A DNA stretch of 64,000 bases, taken from positions 1 to 64,000 of the IMG/VR virus record IMGVR_UViG_2630968933_000007. One strand, given 5' to 3'. A program made the translations under genes and the position numbers. This DNA comes from a virus (taxonomy: Duplodnaviria > Heunggongvirae > Uroviricota > Caudoviricetes). The notes under the pieces are model-generated. The model was not told the origin of the DNA. It searched no databases and saw only the letters and a program-made list of their open reading frames with translations. Of this stretch, positions 1-10,057 are shown in pieces (positions within the stretch are counted from its first letter, which is position 1; the number at the start of each line of letters is the position of its first letter).

Positions 1-564
1 CACGACATAATGCAGGCCTTCACGCTTCATACGTGGGTCATAGTTGGCAAAGTACCAGGCATCTTTTCGCGTCGCCCACATGCTGAATTGCACCTGGGCC
101 ATGTAAGCTGATTTTATTGCCTCGAAACCACCGAGCCGGAATTTCATGAAATCCCGGGAGGTAAACGGACATTTCAGCTCAAGGCCTTTACCGTCACTGC
201 ATAAACCATCGGGAGAGCAGGCTGTACGCATACTTTCGTCACGATAGATGATCGGGGATTCAGTAACATTCACGCCGGAAGTAAACTCAAACAGAGCTCT
301 GGCGTCGTTCTCGTACTGTTTTCCCCATGCCAGGGCTTTGGCGTTAACTTCCGGGGCCACACCCGTGCAGACCTCAGCCAGCAGGGTGTGGAAGTAGGAC
401 ATTTTCATGTCAGGCCATTTCTTTCCTGAGCGGGGTTTTGCTATCACGTTGTGAACTTCTGAAGCGGTGATGACGCTGAGCCGTAATTTGTGCCACGCAT
501 CATCCCCCTGTTCGACAGCTCTCACGTCGATCCCTGTACGTTGCAGGATAATGTCCGGTGTCAT
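1..564 (-). CDS. exo: Lambda-type exonuclease (Red alpha), N-terminal 188 codons; gene runs off the window start
   Basis: Reverse complement of 541-564 reads ATG ACA CCG GAC ATT ATC CTG CAA (MTPDIILQ, lambda Exo N-terminus); ATG overlaps bet stop (ATGA). Confidence 0.9.
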   Translation of the reverse strand, partial: MTPDIILQRTGIDVRAVEQGDDAWHKLRLSVITASEVHNVIAKPRSGKKWPDMKMSYFHTLLAEVCTGVAPEVNAKALAWGKQYENDARALFEFTSGVNVTESPIIYRDESMRTACSPDGLCSDGKGLELKCPFTSRDFMKFRLGGFEAIKSAYMAQVQFSMWATRKDAWYFANYDPRMKREGLHYVV

Positions 565-1346
565 GCTGCTACCTTCTGCTCTGTGACTTTCTGTTTCAGG
601 AATCCAAGAACCTTCACAGCTTCAGCCTGTGTTAGTTCTGAAGATGTGTAAATGTTGCGGCGAAAAATCTGGGAACAGAGCGGCAACAGGTCGTCATCCC
701 ACGTTTTTTCCATGGAAGTAAGAAGGGCGTTAATTTCCGACATGGTTTCTTCGTTAACCGGGGTGATGTCGCGTTCCGGCTGACGTTCTGTAGTATATGC
801 AGTATTTTCGACAATACGCTCGGCTTCATCCTTGTCATAGATGCCAGCAAATCCGAAGGCCAGGCGAGCACACTGAATCATGGCTTTGTGCCGTAACATC
901 CGTTTGGGATGCGACTGCCACGGTCCGGTGATTTCTCTGCCTTCGCGGGTTTTGAATGGTGCGCGGCGACATTCATCCATCCACTCGGTAACGCAGATCG
1001 GGTGATTGCGATCTTTGCGGTAAATCCGGCATGTACAGGACTCATTGTCCTGCTCAAAGTCCATGCCATCAAACTGCTGGTTTTCATTGATAATGCGGGA
1101 CCAGCCATCAACGCCAACCACCGGAACGATGCCGTTCTGCTTGTCAGGGAAGGCGTAAATTTCTTTCGTCCAGGGATTAAGGCCGTACTGGTTGGCGACG
1201 ATCAACAATGCGATAAATTGCGCATCGCTGGCATCACCTTTAAATGCCGTCTGGCGAAGAGTGGTGATTAGTTCCTGTGGGTCGACAGAATCCATGCCGA
1301 CACGTTCAGCCAGCTTCCCTGCCAGCGTTGCGAGTGCTGTACTCAT
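561..1346 (-). CDS. bet: Bet single-strand annealing recombinase (Red beta)
   Basis: 261-aa [24 protein letters not shown]... matches lambda Bet over full length as recalled. Confidence 0.95.
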   Translation of the reverse strand: MSTALATLAGKLAERVGMDSVDPQELITTLRQTAFKGDASDAQFIALLIVANQYGLNPWTKEIYAFPDKQNGIVPVVGVDGWSRIINENQQFDGMDFEQDNESCTCRIYRKDRNHPICVTEWMDECRRAPFKTREGREITGPWQSHPKRMLRHKAMIQCARLAFGFAGIYDKDEAERIVENTAYTTERQPERDITPVNEETMSEINALLTSMEKTWDDDLLPLCSQIFRRNIYTSSELTQAEAVKVLGFLKQKVTEQKVAA

Positions 1347-1351
1347 CCGTT

Positions 1352-1648
1352 TTATACCTCTGAATCAATATTAATTTGGTGACGGGCGATGGTTTCAGCC
1401 ATGTAGCGGATGTGTTCTGCCATGCGTTCCTGAAAATCGACATCGTCATCAAATGCACGGGAAATAGCTTTTTTGCTGGCCCCGTGACGTTGCAGATTAT
1501 CGATGCATAGCGATTCAAACAGGTGTTGGGGCAGACCTTTTTCCAGGTCGTCTGCCAGCTCAGCTTCAGTTTCTTCACGGGCAATTTGCTGGTAGTGTCG
1601 TGCCCATGACTGCTCTTCAATGCGATCGGGGATAAGCCAGGCATTCAT
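1352..1648 (-). CDS. gam: Gam, RecBCD inhibitor (short 98-aa form)
   Basis: ORF ...[16 protein letters not shown]...[19 protein letters not shown] matches lambda Gam; start overlaps stop of upstream gene. Confidence 0.9.
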   Translation of the reverse strand: MNAWLIPDRIEEQSWARHYQQIAREETEAELADDLEKGLPQHLFESLCIDNLQRHGASKKAISRAFDDDVDFQERMAEHIRYMAETIARHQINIDSEV

Positions 1649-3594
1649 GATTTATCACCTCCGAAATTTTCAAGCCTGTTGGCAATCATGATGGCGATAT
1701 CAGGGATTGCTGGCGCTGTGGCTATACATGCGGGGTTGGCGCACAAACCATAGACGGCGGCAATCACGAGCTGTCTTTTCCAGTCGAGAGTTACTGGCTC
1801 AGAATTGGCGTCATCGCCGGACGTATCACTGCCTGGCTCGTTCTGAACAACGGTTTCGCCCTCCTGAGCGGCATCAACAGAGTTTTCCTGAATGATCTTC
1901 TCCTCAGTTTTTTTTTCCAGCTCCGGTTGCGCTACTGGCCCTGGCTGTTGCTCTTCTGACCCGTTTTGTTGCGTATCCGGGCTGTTTTGTCCCGCTTCTG
2001 GGGCAATTTGTTCCACTTTGGACTGATTCTGGTCCTCAGTGTCGCGAGTCTGGATCCCCTTCACCCACTTCGGATCAGCAGGGTTACTGATGCCTTCAAC
2101 GAATTCTCCACGCGAGGCAGCCAGTAATTTGTCGGCATCGACTGGATTTTTTGGGGGGATGTTTTCCCTGGCTTTATTGAGTTCCTCCCTCAGTTCCTGG
2201 TATTTCGTTTCTACAGATGAGACATTTTCCAGTGATTGCGTGTCCTCATTATGTTTAACTGGAATTTCTTCCACTGATTCAGGCGCTGCCTGTTCATTAG
2301 CCATTGTGTCCGATGCTTGTTGCTTTTCTTCATCGCCATGTTTTCCTTCTGCTGTTCCGCGCTGCGGCATCGGTGCTGATGAGCGACCGCAGGCAATTTC
2401 CACGATTTCCGGATCCGGGTTAGCGTGATCGGTTTCGGTCAACACTTTGTTGAGATATTCAGTCACGCGTGCCGGGATGGCCTCAATGCCGATTGGTGCT
2501 TCTTTCACGGAAGCCACCACAATGGCGCGGGAATAATCCAGCCCACCGGGCATGGCGATAAATTTGTCGCGAAAAACAGAAAAGGGCGGCTTATTCTCTG
2601 ACACGATTTCTTCAACGCGTTTTGCGTGTGCTGGGTGCAGGTTATAAATATCCACATCCATTGAACGGGCCAGAACGCCGGTGGCTACATCTCGTGCGAG
2701 TGATGTCTTATCATGTTTGAATCCTTCACCACGATCGGTAAGATTTCCGCCGCCAGCGTTAGCACCGGAAGGCGTACGGGTAATGCCTGAAACATAATTT
2801 CCGTTCTGCCATTCTTTTGTCAGCAGGCCCTGATCAAGGTAGTCAGTTTTCATCCAGGTGGAAATGAACTTGTCGAATTCAGCCGGGCTGATGCGATGAT
2901 TTGCAGAGTGGGGGAATGCTTTCCCTACAGATTCAGCCAGGCGACTAAGGTGATAGTTCGTCAGTTTATCCAGTTCATGATGTGCGGCGCGCACAGCAGT
3001 AAGCAGGCTCTGAAGGTAACTGTCCTCTGTGTCCATCTCCATACGGATCACGTTATTGCGTTGTTCTGGTGTGGCGTGATGCCGGTATTTTCCATCTTCA
3101 TCCTTGCTGAAGAAGAAGAGGTGAAGGAAGCGATGAGTAAGGCTCAGAGTGGCGACGGGAATTTCACACTCAGAACAGTCATCGTCGCTGTCCGGGGATT
3201 CGCTTTTCTCCACATCATCCGGAATAGTTCCGTCCGGGTCATCGTTGTCATCGCCAGCAGTTGTGGCATCTTCACCGTTGATGTTGTCATTGAAGGATAT
3301 AGCCATCATGGTGATGCCATCTTCCCCGCCTTTTTCATAGCGGTTGCAGAATTCAGTATCAAACACGCCTTCCGGTGGAAGGTCATTCACGACGGGGAAA
3401 TTTACGCGAACGGGTTTTTTGAAATCATCCTCGTCGTAGCCTGCATCGTCCATGGCTGCAATGCAGCGGGAAACTGCGACAGAAAGTTTTCTGGCCTCGG
3501 TCCAGAAAAAACCGCCTTTGATGCCAAGGCGTTTTCTGACTTTATCGTTTTTTGCTTCGCAGTGTAGTGCAAAAGTCTGTTTATCAGCGCTCAT
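1645..3594 (-). CDS. Hypothetical 649-aa early-left-operon protein, highly acidic segments, no recognised domain
   Basis: Long ORF translationally coupled to gam (ATGA overlap at 1645-1648); Asp/Glu-rich stretches ([30 protein letters not shown]). Confidence 0.65.
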   Translation of the reverse strand: MSADKQTFALHCEAKNDKVRKRLGIKGGFFWTEARKLSVAVSRCIAAMDDAGYDEDDFKKPVRVNFPVVNDLPPEGVFDTEFCNRYEKGGEDGITMMAISFNDNINGEDATTAGDDNDDPDGTIPDDVEKSESPDSDDDCSECEIPVATLSLTHRFLHLFFFSKDEDGKYRHHATPEQRNNVIRMEMDTEDSYLQSLLTAVRAAHHELDKLTNYHLSRLAESVGKAFPHSANHRISPAEFDKFISTWMKTDYLDQGLLTKEWQNGNYVSGITRTPSGANAGGGNLTDRGEGFKHDKTSLARDVATGVLARSMDVDIYNLHPAHAKRVEEIVSENKPPFSVFRDKFIAMPGGLDYSRAIVVASVKEAPIGIEAIPARVTEYLNKVLTETDHANPDPEIVEIACGRSSAPMPQRGTAEGKHGDEEKQQASDTMANEQAAPESVEEIPVKHNEDTQSLENVSSVETKYQELREELNKARENIPPKNPVDADKLLAASRGEFVEGISNPADPKWVKGIQTRDTEDQNQSKVEQIAPEAGQNSPDTQQNGSEEQQPGPVAQPELEKKTEEKIIQENSVDAAQEGETVVQNEPGSDTSGDDANSEPVTLDWKRQLVIAAVYGLCANPACIATAPAIPDIAIMIANRLENFGGDKS

Positions 3595-3701
3595 TGTATT
3601 TAAACCTCTGGCTGGATTAGAATTAGCGGCCCTTTGTCTGATTTCTCCGAATACGGTGACGCAGGGAGAAATCCGGTAGCCTGCGCTGCCGGATTTTTAT
3701 T

Positions 3702-4088
3702 TCAGTGGAAGGTTGCCTGGTTTGCTGTTTTGTGAGTTGTTTTTCCCTTTTCGTGCTGGCATTCAGGGCAGTCGCACTCAGAATTTTCTCTTGCAAACTC
3801 AAGAGCCTGCGCCAGTGTATGGATTTGTTGTGCTCCAATGTTGCTTCTGACGACTTCACATGCAGCATGAATATATGGGCTTGGTGTTTTGCCATTTAAC
3901 CCACATAAAACAAAACGACTGTCCTTATATTCGTTATTTCCAACTTCTGTAAGTACTGAAAAAGAAAATACAAAGTCGATTTTGTATTCTTTGCATATTT
4001 TACTGATGCGTTCTGCAATTTCTTTGACTTCATTTATTGCATCAGGACTGGTTTCGGAAAATATTTCATTTTGCGCAAGTTCTTTCAT
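3702..4088 (-). CDS. Hypothetical protein, Cys-rich C-terminus (CDCPECQHEKGK)
   Basis: 128-aa ORF in pL operon orientation. Confidence 0.5.
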   Translation of the reverse strand: MKELAQNEIFSETSPDAINEVKEIAERISKICKEYKIDFVFSFSVLTEVGNNEYKDSRFVLCGLNGKTPSPYIHAACEVVRSNIGAQQIHTLAQALEFARENSECDCPECQHEKGKTTHKTANQATFH

Positions 4089-4171
4089 TTTTATTTTTCC
4101 GTGGTTGATAATTAATGCGGTTTTATTTCGGCTTGTCTGTTACAGATATGGAAGGTGTATTTTATTACTCG

Positions 4172-4411
4172 TCACAACGACGCTGCTTTTACGGGTAAGC
4201 CATCGCGCCCGATGAAAACTTTAATCATGCAGTCGGTAATGCATGTTTTTGTTGTGAAGTTACGAATATAGAGTTTTCTCTTTTCAATATTGTTTGCTGA
4301 AGCGATATATGTCCGACCTTCATGAAGAACATAATCGCCAGGCGTCACGCACTGACGTGGTATTTCATCAGTTCCGAAGTGATGAGCAATCATAATTATC
4401 TCCATTTTCAC
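4172..4411 (-). CDS. Hypothetical small protein
   Basis: 79-aa ORF in pL operon orientation. Confidence 0.45.
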   Translation of the reverse strand: MKMEIIMIAHHFGTDEIPRQCVTPGDYVLHEGRTYIASANNIEKRKLYIRNFTTKTCITDCMIKVFIGRDGLPVKAASL

Positions 4412-4574
4412 AAATGAACTTTGTTGATGCGGTGCCTGGTACCTCCAGGTGACGTTAACCAGTTAACAACTAACGCCGGGTCAGGGGACGATGACTTTCC
4501 GTGACATCCTGTCGGTTTAACTGTTCCGCGTGCGCATAGCCGCATTCACCGCATCACAAAATTCACTTTAAAAA

Positions 4575-4610
4575 GGGCGGACATCAGCAATCGGCAAACC
4601 GATGTCCGCC
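4575..4610 (-). terminator. Intrinsic terminator (10-bp perfect stem ggcggacatc/gatgtccgcc, U-run on minus strand)
   Basis: Perfect inverted repeat, followed on the minus strand by cttttt. Confidence 0.55.
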
Positions 4611-4849
4611 AAGGGCTACACACAGCAATGTTGTTATTCACAACCGGAAGCGCACGGTCGAAGAAATCTAACGACAAGCCTTCAATGGGAAAGAGTCTTC
4701 GCCGTGCACTTTCGTGTTGTACCCTGGCTTTCAGGGGAATGTCTGTTCAGTAAACTGAGAGTGCCGGAACTCACCCGTGTCCGGCGCACGATCTCCACCT
4801 CACCCGTGGAGAACTCCTCAACTACAAACCCCGTAAGGAGAGTGAATTT

Positions 4850-5059
4850 ATGACACAAGAAGAAAAAGTGATGTTTCTGATGCGGCTGGCTGTCGATACC
4901 TACAACACACAATTCAGGGAGAAAGATATACCTCAAAAGGCAGTTCCTGCCGCGGTAGATAAGGGCGGTGCTATTGCCGTATTTTACGATGTATTTGAAT
5001 CATTTTTTGATGAAAAACTCGACGCTGTTAGCGACTTCGGAACATCGAGTAATAAATAA
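4850..5059 (+). CDS. Hypothetical small protein on opposite strand within the early-left region
   Basis: 69-aa ORF with strong SD (aaggagag) 7 nt upstream of ATG. Confidence 0.4.
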   Translation: MTQEEKVMFLMRLAVDTYNTQFREKDIPQKAVPAAVDKGGAIAVFYDVFESFFDEKLDAVSDFGTSSNK

Positions 5060-5408
5060 CGTTCATTACGGTTCTTAAACAACAATCAGTGGGCTTGATG
5101 TTGTTCTTTTCAAGCTCACTTGCCATCAATTCCATTATTCTTGCGCTTACACGAATTATTTGGTGGCTGTAAGCGACGCAACTGTCGCTGATATTGCTGT
5201 TTATTTCTATTACTTCATTTTCACCATTAGCATCAACTTCAGATGCGCTGTTTTCATTATCCTGTTTCAGTGCTTTTTCTGCCATCTGGATGCGTGTCAG
5301 CGTTGCGGAATTTGGGCTAAGTCGATAAACCTGTTTGGCATCTTCCAGAAGCAGGGCGATAATGTGCTTCAGTTCTGTTTCGTTCATAGTTAACTCCGGT
5401 AGTTGCAA
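5028..5408 (-). CDS. Hypothetical protein
   Basis: 126-aa ORF in pL operon. Confidence 0.45.
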   Translation of the reverse strand: MQLPELTMNETELKHIIALLLEDAKQVYRLSPNSATLTRIQMAEKALKQDNENSASEVDANGENEVIEINSNISDSCVAYSHQIIRVSARIMELMASELEKNNIKPTDCCLRTVMNVIYYSMFRSR

Positions 5409-5418
5409 TTTATTAATA

Positions 5419-6135
5419 TCAGGCGGTCAGCTCTTTAAGCTTCTGAACTGCTTTATTCATTTCATCCATACAGTCGATGAATTCGTCCAGTTTAAGCTGC
5501 ATTTTTCCGGCGGCCTGAAGAATTTCAAGTTTTAAGGGCGCAAGTTTTTTGTTGAATTCATCATCTTCCTGGCGTTTTTTCTCCGCAATTTCGGCGGCTT
5601 TCAGCAATTCTTCAGCCTGTTTTCTGAGTATTTCTGGTGAAGGTGAAACTGCTTTGAGGTTATTCACTTCAGGTTCCTGTTGTTGCAGAATTAATTTGTT
5701 GCATTCTCTGCGTGAGCGTTTCATTGCAGATTCGCACTTCTTGCAATAAATGGCTCTCCCGTCACGCTTGCTGGCATCTGAATAAAAATCATTGACTGAT
5801 TTTGTCTGCCCGCATCTGGTACATAATTTTGATTGAAGGTCCTTAATGATTGTGACGTTTCCTTCCCGCTTGGGATATCCATATTTTTTGTGGCGTAAAA
5901 AGGTTACTCCGTTACCAGAACCTTCTTTTCTGACCTTAAATACAATGATGCTTTCCCGTTTATCGATAAAATCGATGAGCTGGTTTCTCTCCTTTCCTGA
6001 CAGTTCGGCAAATGTCTTAACTTTTTTAGTAACCTCAGTAAGGCGAACGCCGTCAGGCATTTTTTCAACGAAGTTTTTAATCTCTGCAAGCGGACGCCAT
6101 AATTTTTGCGGCAAAACTGAAGGCGTGGTCATCAA
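5419..6135 (-). CDS. Hypothetical protein with CxxC...CxxC zinc-ribbon and C-terminal coiled coil
   Basis: 238-aa ORF; motifs CTRCGQ...CKKCE. Confidence 0.55.
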   Translation of the reverse strand: MMTTPSVLPQKLWRPLAEIKNFVEKMPDGVRLTEVTKKVKTFAELSGKERNQLIDFIDKRESIIVFKVRKEGSGNGVTFLRHKKYGYPKREGNVTIIKDLQSKLCTRCGQTKSVNDFYSDASKRDGRAIYCKKCESAMKRSRRECNKLILQQQEPEVNNLKAVSPSPEILRKQAEELLKAAEIAEKKRQEDDEFNKKLAPLKLEILQAAGKMQLKLDEFIDCMDEMNKAVQKLKELTA

Positions 6136-6519
6136 TCACCTCGCCGTCAGTTGTTTGGATTTCCGGTAGCCTGCCGCGTAAATGGCTACGTTTGGAAGAC
6201 ATACACCAGTTTCTGGTTGCTTATGTCCAAACTCATTCGCGTACACAATGGCCGCTCGCTCCAGATTGCGTCTGTATTCTTTCTGTTGCCAGATCACGTC
6301 CTGTGCCATGAACTTAATTGGCTTAGCGTCTTCTATGCGCTCAGGCGTTTCGTGAGTACCTTTAGCCTGAATCTGCGCTCTGCTTAGAGTAGGGCGGTGT
6401 AATACTTCTGAACTTATTGCTTCTTCGCGGGCCAGCACGCCGTTAGCTAATGCCTTTGCCTTTAAACGCTCACGACGACGAGAACGTGAATTGCCTTTGA
6501 ACTGAGTTCTGCGTGTCAT
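6136..6519 (-). CDS. N: Antitermination protein N-like (arginine-rich N-terminal motif)
   Basis: First ORF downstream of pL/OL; N-terminal RRTQFKGNSRSRRRERLKAKA resembles N-family ARM; boxB hairpin in leader. Confidence 0.55.
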   Translation of the reverse strand: MTRRTQFKGNSRSRRRERLKAKALANGVLAREEAISSEVLHRPTLSRAQIQAKGTHETPERIEDAKPIKFMAQDVIWQQKEYRRNLERAAIVYANEFGHKQPETGVCLPNVAIYAAGYRKSKQLTAR

Positions 6520-6684
6520 ATAGACCTCCTGATGAACTTTGGTGGTGTGGTAGGTGGGAGACCCATTTCGACCTGTTTCGGCCTACTTCAATTCGGCAAT
6601 AGTCCCGCAGGCCCCGCCGCTTTACGTGCGACATATTCCCGTCCATGAACCCTTCACCACACCCCAAAGTTCACTTTGGTTATT

Positions 6685-6699
6685 GCGCTTTGTCAGCGC
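6685..6699 (-). promoter_or_regulatory. nutL boxB-like hairpin (GCGCUGACAAAGCGC, P22-type)
   Basis: 5-bp stem with GACAA loop in the pL leader; similar hairpin in nutR position at 8868-8882. Confidence 0.5.
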
Positions 6700-6767
6700 C
6701 GTAGATTCATATTTGAATCGTTGTATATTCACCGCCCAGGTGAGTAGTGCGTCCTGCTGATGTGTTT

Positions 6768-6830
6768 AGTATCACCGCCAGTGGTATTTATGTCAACACC
6801 GCCAGAGATAATTTATCACCGCAGATGGTT
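6768..6830 (-). promoter_or_regulatory. OL1-OL2-OL3 operators and pL promoter (lambda-type)
   Basis: tatcaccgccagtggta (6770-6786), caacaccgccagagata (6794-6810), tatcaccgcagatggtt (6814-6830); minus-strand -35 TTGACA at 6791-6796 and -10 GATACT at 6768-6773. Confidence 0.85.
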
Positions 6831-6969
6831 ATCTGTATGTTTTTTATATGGATTTATTTTTTGCAGGGTTGAGTGGCTTGGGAGGTGATCGAGAGATCTG
6901 AATTGCGATGTTTAGTGAGTTGTATCTATTTATTTTTCAATAAATACATTTGGTTATGTGTCTTTAGGT

Positions 6970-6979
6970 GGGGGGGGGG
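6970..6979. repeat. Homopolymeric G10 tract
   Basis: Ten consecutive G between the cI-operon terminator and OL. Confidence 0.95.
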
Positions 6980-6993
6980 TGAGGCAAAGAAAA

Positions 6994-7011
6994 CCCGGCT
7001 CTGTGGCCGGG
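6994..7011 (-). terminator. Intrinsic terminator of the cI operon (cccggc/gccggg stem, U-run on minus strand)
   Basis: Hairpin immediately after stop of 7020..7781 gene, followed on the minus strand by ttttcttt. Confidence 0.55.
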
Positions 7012-7019
7012 AATAACAT

Positions 7020-7781
7020 TTAGGAATCAAGGTCAGGTAGCATGATTTTCTCAATCAACGTCAATGCCCTTTGGTCTCGTTCAGCAAAATATTTAGGAGC
7101 GTACTGAGGCAGCCACACTTCGTTGAAGTGTTGTTTGAAATCTGCAAGATATTCGTTTGGGTATAGACGTACCGGGAATGTCCGGCCATCTGGGTACTCA
7201 TGGTTATATGTTGGGAATGTCTTCGGCTCAACCCCCCGGTTGTCACGGAGCCATTGCGAGAAAACCCTACCCTCTGAAATATCAGGGACCATTTTTTCTG
7301 GCAGCGTATATCCGGCCTGTTCAAGTGGCGCAACCAAGTTAAACGTCAGTTCATTAAGCATAGAAAAGTGCGTATGAGGAACTCTGCCTCGGTTTGTCAT
7401 ATACCGCTTAAGGTGGATAGGGAGTTCGGCAGGCGCTCTTTCACCTGACATCCACTCACGCACCCATCTCGATACTTGCACTGCAAATTTTGGAGATAGC
7501 CACTGAGCTAAATTAATTGCGATGTCTGGATGAACCCAAGTCCCTTGATTCTCTGCTCTTCCGCCTTTAAATGATTGAATTAACTCCGATATGGGAATCC
7601 CCATATCGCGTGATAATTCATCAAAAAAATCTTGTGTTGTTTTTAGTCGTGTATAGTCAGCAAGTAGCTTCCCCGCAGACTTGCACATCGCGGTGGCATT
7701 GATGTATCCGTCTTTGGTGCGAAGATGGATGACTTCTCCATCAACTTCTCTAGCGATTAATGCAAGTTGAAACTGTGTCAT
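7020..7781 (-). CDS. KilA-N domain protein with C-terminal domain of unknown function, in the rexAB position downstream of cI
   Basis: 253-aa ORF starting 31 bp after cI stop, same strand; N-terminal ...GYINATAMCKSAGK... region resembles KilA-N. Confidence 0.75.
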   Translation of the reverse strand: MTQFQLALIAREVDGEVIHLRTKDGYINATAMCKSAGKLLADYTRLKTTQDFFDELSRDMGIPISELIQSFKGGRAENQGTWVHPDIAINLAQWLSPKFAVQVSRWVREWMSGERAPAELPIHLKRYMTNRGRVPHTHFSMLNELTFNLVAPLEQAGYTLPEKMVPDISEGRVFSQWLRDNRGVEPKTFPTYNHEYPDGRTFPVRLYPNEYLADFKQHFNEVWLPQYAPKYFAERDQRALTLIEKIMLPDLDS

Positions 7782-7812
7782 AAATCATCCTATTACGTGA
7801 AAAATAAAACAA

Positions 7813-8529
<717 letters not shown>

Positions 8530-8535
8530 TTAAAT

Positions 8536-8601
8536 CTATCACCGCAAGGGATAAATATCTAACACCGTGCGTGTTGACTATTTTACCTCTAGCGGTGATA
8601 A
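8536..8601. promoter_or_regulatory. OR3-OR2-OR1 operators with PRM/PR promoters
   Basis: tatcaccgcaagggata (8536-8552), taacaccgtgcgtgttg (8560-8576), tacctctagcggtgata (8584-8600); PR -35 TTGACT 8574-8579, -10 GATAAT 8596-8601. Confidence 0.9.
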
Positions 8602-8626
8602 TGGTTGCATGTACTAAGGAGGTTGT

Positions 8627-8827
8627 ATGGAACAACGCATAACCCTGAAAGATTATGCAATACGCTTTGGGCAAACCAAGACGGCTAAAGATCTCGGCGT
8701 ATATCAAAGCGCGATTAACAAGGCCATTCATGCAGGCCGAAAGATTTTTTTAACTATAAACGCTGATGGAAGCGTTTATGCGGAAGAAATAAAGCCCTTC
8801 CCAAGTAACAAAAAAACAACTGCATAA
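8627..8827 (+). CDS. cro: Cro repressor
   Basis: 66-aa [56 protein letters not shown] matches lambda Cro; SD taaggagg. Confidence 0.95.
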   Translation: MEQRITLKDYAIRFGQTKTAKDLGVYQSAINKAIHAGRKIFLTINADGSVYAEEIKPFPSNKKTTA

Positions 8828-8836
8828 GTAACACCG

Positions 8837-8882
8837 CTCTTTTCACAATGGACATTCGTCCTACGTCGCTGACAAAGCGAGT
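8837..8882 (+). promoter_or_regulatory. nutR-like site (boxA-like cgctctttt, boxB hairpin tcgctgacaaagcga)
   Basis: boxA-like at 8837-8845, hairpin with GACAA loop at 8868-8882, between cro and cII. Confidence 0.5.
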
Positions 8883-8965
8883 CCCAAGATATCTGACCAA
8901 CTAAGGCCATATGCGTTTCCACGCATACCTTTCAACTAGCTATTCACTATTGGAAATCATAAGAA

Positions 8966-9262
8966 ATGACACAAACAAGTTACAGCAAACTATCCCAGCG
9001 TGACGTTGATCGCGCAGAAACAGATTTACTCATCAACCTGTCAGCTCTGACGCAAAGGGGACTGGCAAAGATGATTGGCTGCCATGAATCGAAGGTCAGT
9101 CGTACCGACTGGCGATACATCGCGGCGATTTTATGCGCGTTCCAGATGGCATCTGATATCAGTCCGATCAGCCGGGCTTTCCAGCATGCCATTAACGTTC
9201 ATGCAAATAAAAAACGTCCGGTTGGGGCCGGACGTTCTGAGCAAATCCTGATGAATATCTGA
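8966..9262 (+). CDS. cII: CII-like transcriptional activator
   Basis: 98-aa ORF in cII position; C-terminal ...ANKKRP...RSEQI.M resembles lambda CII. Confidence 0.65.
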   Translation: MTQTSYSKLSQRDVDRAETDLLINLSALTQRGLAKMIGCHESKVSRTDWRYIAAILCAFQMASDISPISRAFQHAINVHANKKRPVGAGRSEQILMNI

Positions 9263-9324
9263 TATTCAGGCAGGGCATGGAGCAATACACGGGAATAATT
9301 CTGCCACATCTGGAAGAATTTCGC

Positions 9325-9395
9325 CAGCAACAACACCAACCGCAGCAGCCTGAAGCCGATTGGGTTAACCCGGGAGATACCGGGACCGTCTGCGG
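9325..9395. repeat. Direct repeat copy A (~71 bp); partner copy B at 10086-10178
   Basis: agcaacaacaccaaccgcagcagcctgaagccgatt...gggttaacccgggagataccgggaccgtctgcgg repeated with few mismatches plus a 23-bp insertion in copy B. Confidence 0.9.
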
Positions 9396-9425
9396 TATGG
9401 AGTAAATCTTGTATGCGAGGGGACT

Positions 9426-10004
9426 ATGCGTAATTACGCAACAATTTCACCTCAGTTCTGGTTAGGCGATACAGGGCGAAAACTAAGGAAGTCTGGTCCG
9501 GAATGTATGGTAGTGGCGTTGTATATGATGACCTCGCCTCATTCCAATATGCTGGGCCTTTATTACCTGCCTGTTTTGTACATTGCTCACGAAACCGGAC
9601 TTGCTCCTGAAGGGGCTTCTAAGGGGCTTCAAATGGCTTGCGAGGCTGGTTTTTGCAGCTATGACCATGATTCTGAGGTTGTATGGGTGCATGAAATGGC
9701 AGCATGGCAGGTTGGTGAATCGCTGAAACCTGGCGATAACCGTTGTGCTGGGGTAAGAAATGAATATTCCGCGTTGCTGGAAAATCCTTTTTTATCATCC
9801 TTTTATGATAGATATAAGGATGATTTCCACCTGGATGTCAGACGTGAATCATGTCGGAAAATTGAAGCCCCTTCAGAGCCCCTTCAGAGCCCCTTTCAAG
9901 CCAAGAACAGGAACAGGAACAGGAACAGGAAAGGGATAAAACCCTTCTGGTCCATGGCGAAAAAATCGCCACGGACCCACAGGGGGATTTTTGTCCTGTT
10001 CTGA
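9426..10004 (+). CDS. Replication initiator, putative origin-binding N-terminal part (ORF terminates after iteron array)
   Basis: 192-aa ORF in O-gene position; 3' end contains the tandem repeats and encodes (NR)n. Confidence 0.5.
   Translation: MRNYATISPQFWLGDTGRKLRKSGPECMVVALYMMTSPHSNMLGLYYLPVLYIAHETGLAPEGASKGLQMACEAGFCSYDHDSEVVWVHEMAAWQVGESLKPGDNRCAGVRNEYSALLENPFLSSFYDRYKDDFHLDVRRESCRKIEAPSEPLQSPFQAKNRNRNRNRKGIKPFWSMAKKSPRTHRGIFVLF
9866..9934. repeat. Putative ori iterons: 11-bp unit agccccttcag x3 then hexamer gaacag x4
   Basis: Tandem repeats read directly at 9866-9900 and 9905-9928, inside the replication gene as in lambda O. Confidence 0.6.
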
Positions 10005-10057
10005 CTGAACGTCCAGGACCAGATGGCACGACACCGGAAGCAGATTCCGGGCGTTGT

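Noticed and set aside
909-1374. Plus-strand ORFs (120 and 60 aa) inside bet and gam
   Set aside because: They are antisense to well-supported Red genes and are frame artefacts.
9866-9934. Short tandem repeats (and those at 23778-23960) considered as a possible CRISPR array
   Set aside because: Units are 6-12 bp with no spacers and lie inside coding regions; they fit iterons and packaging-site repeats, not CRISPR.
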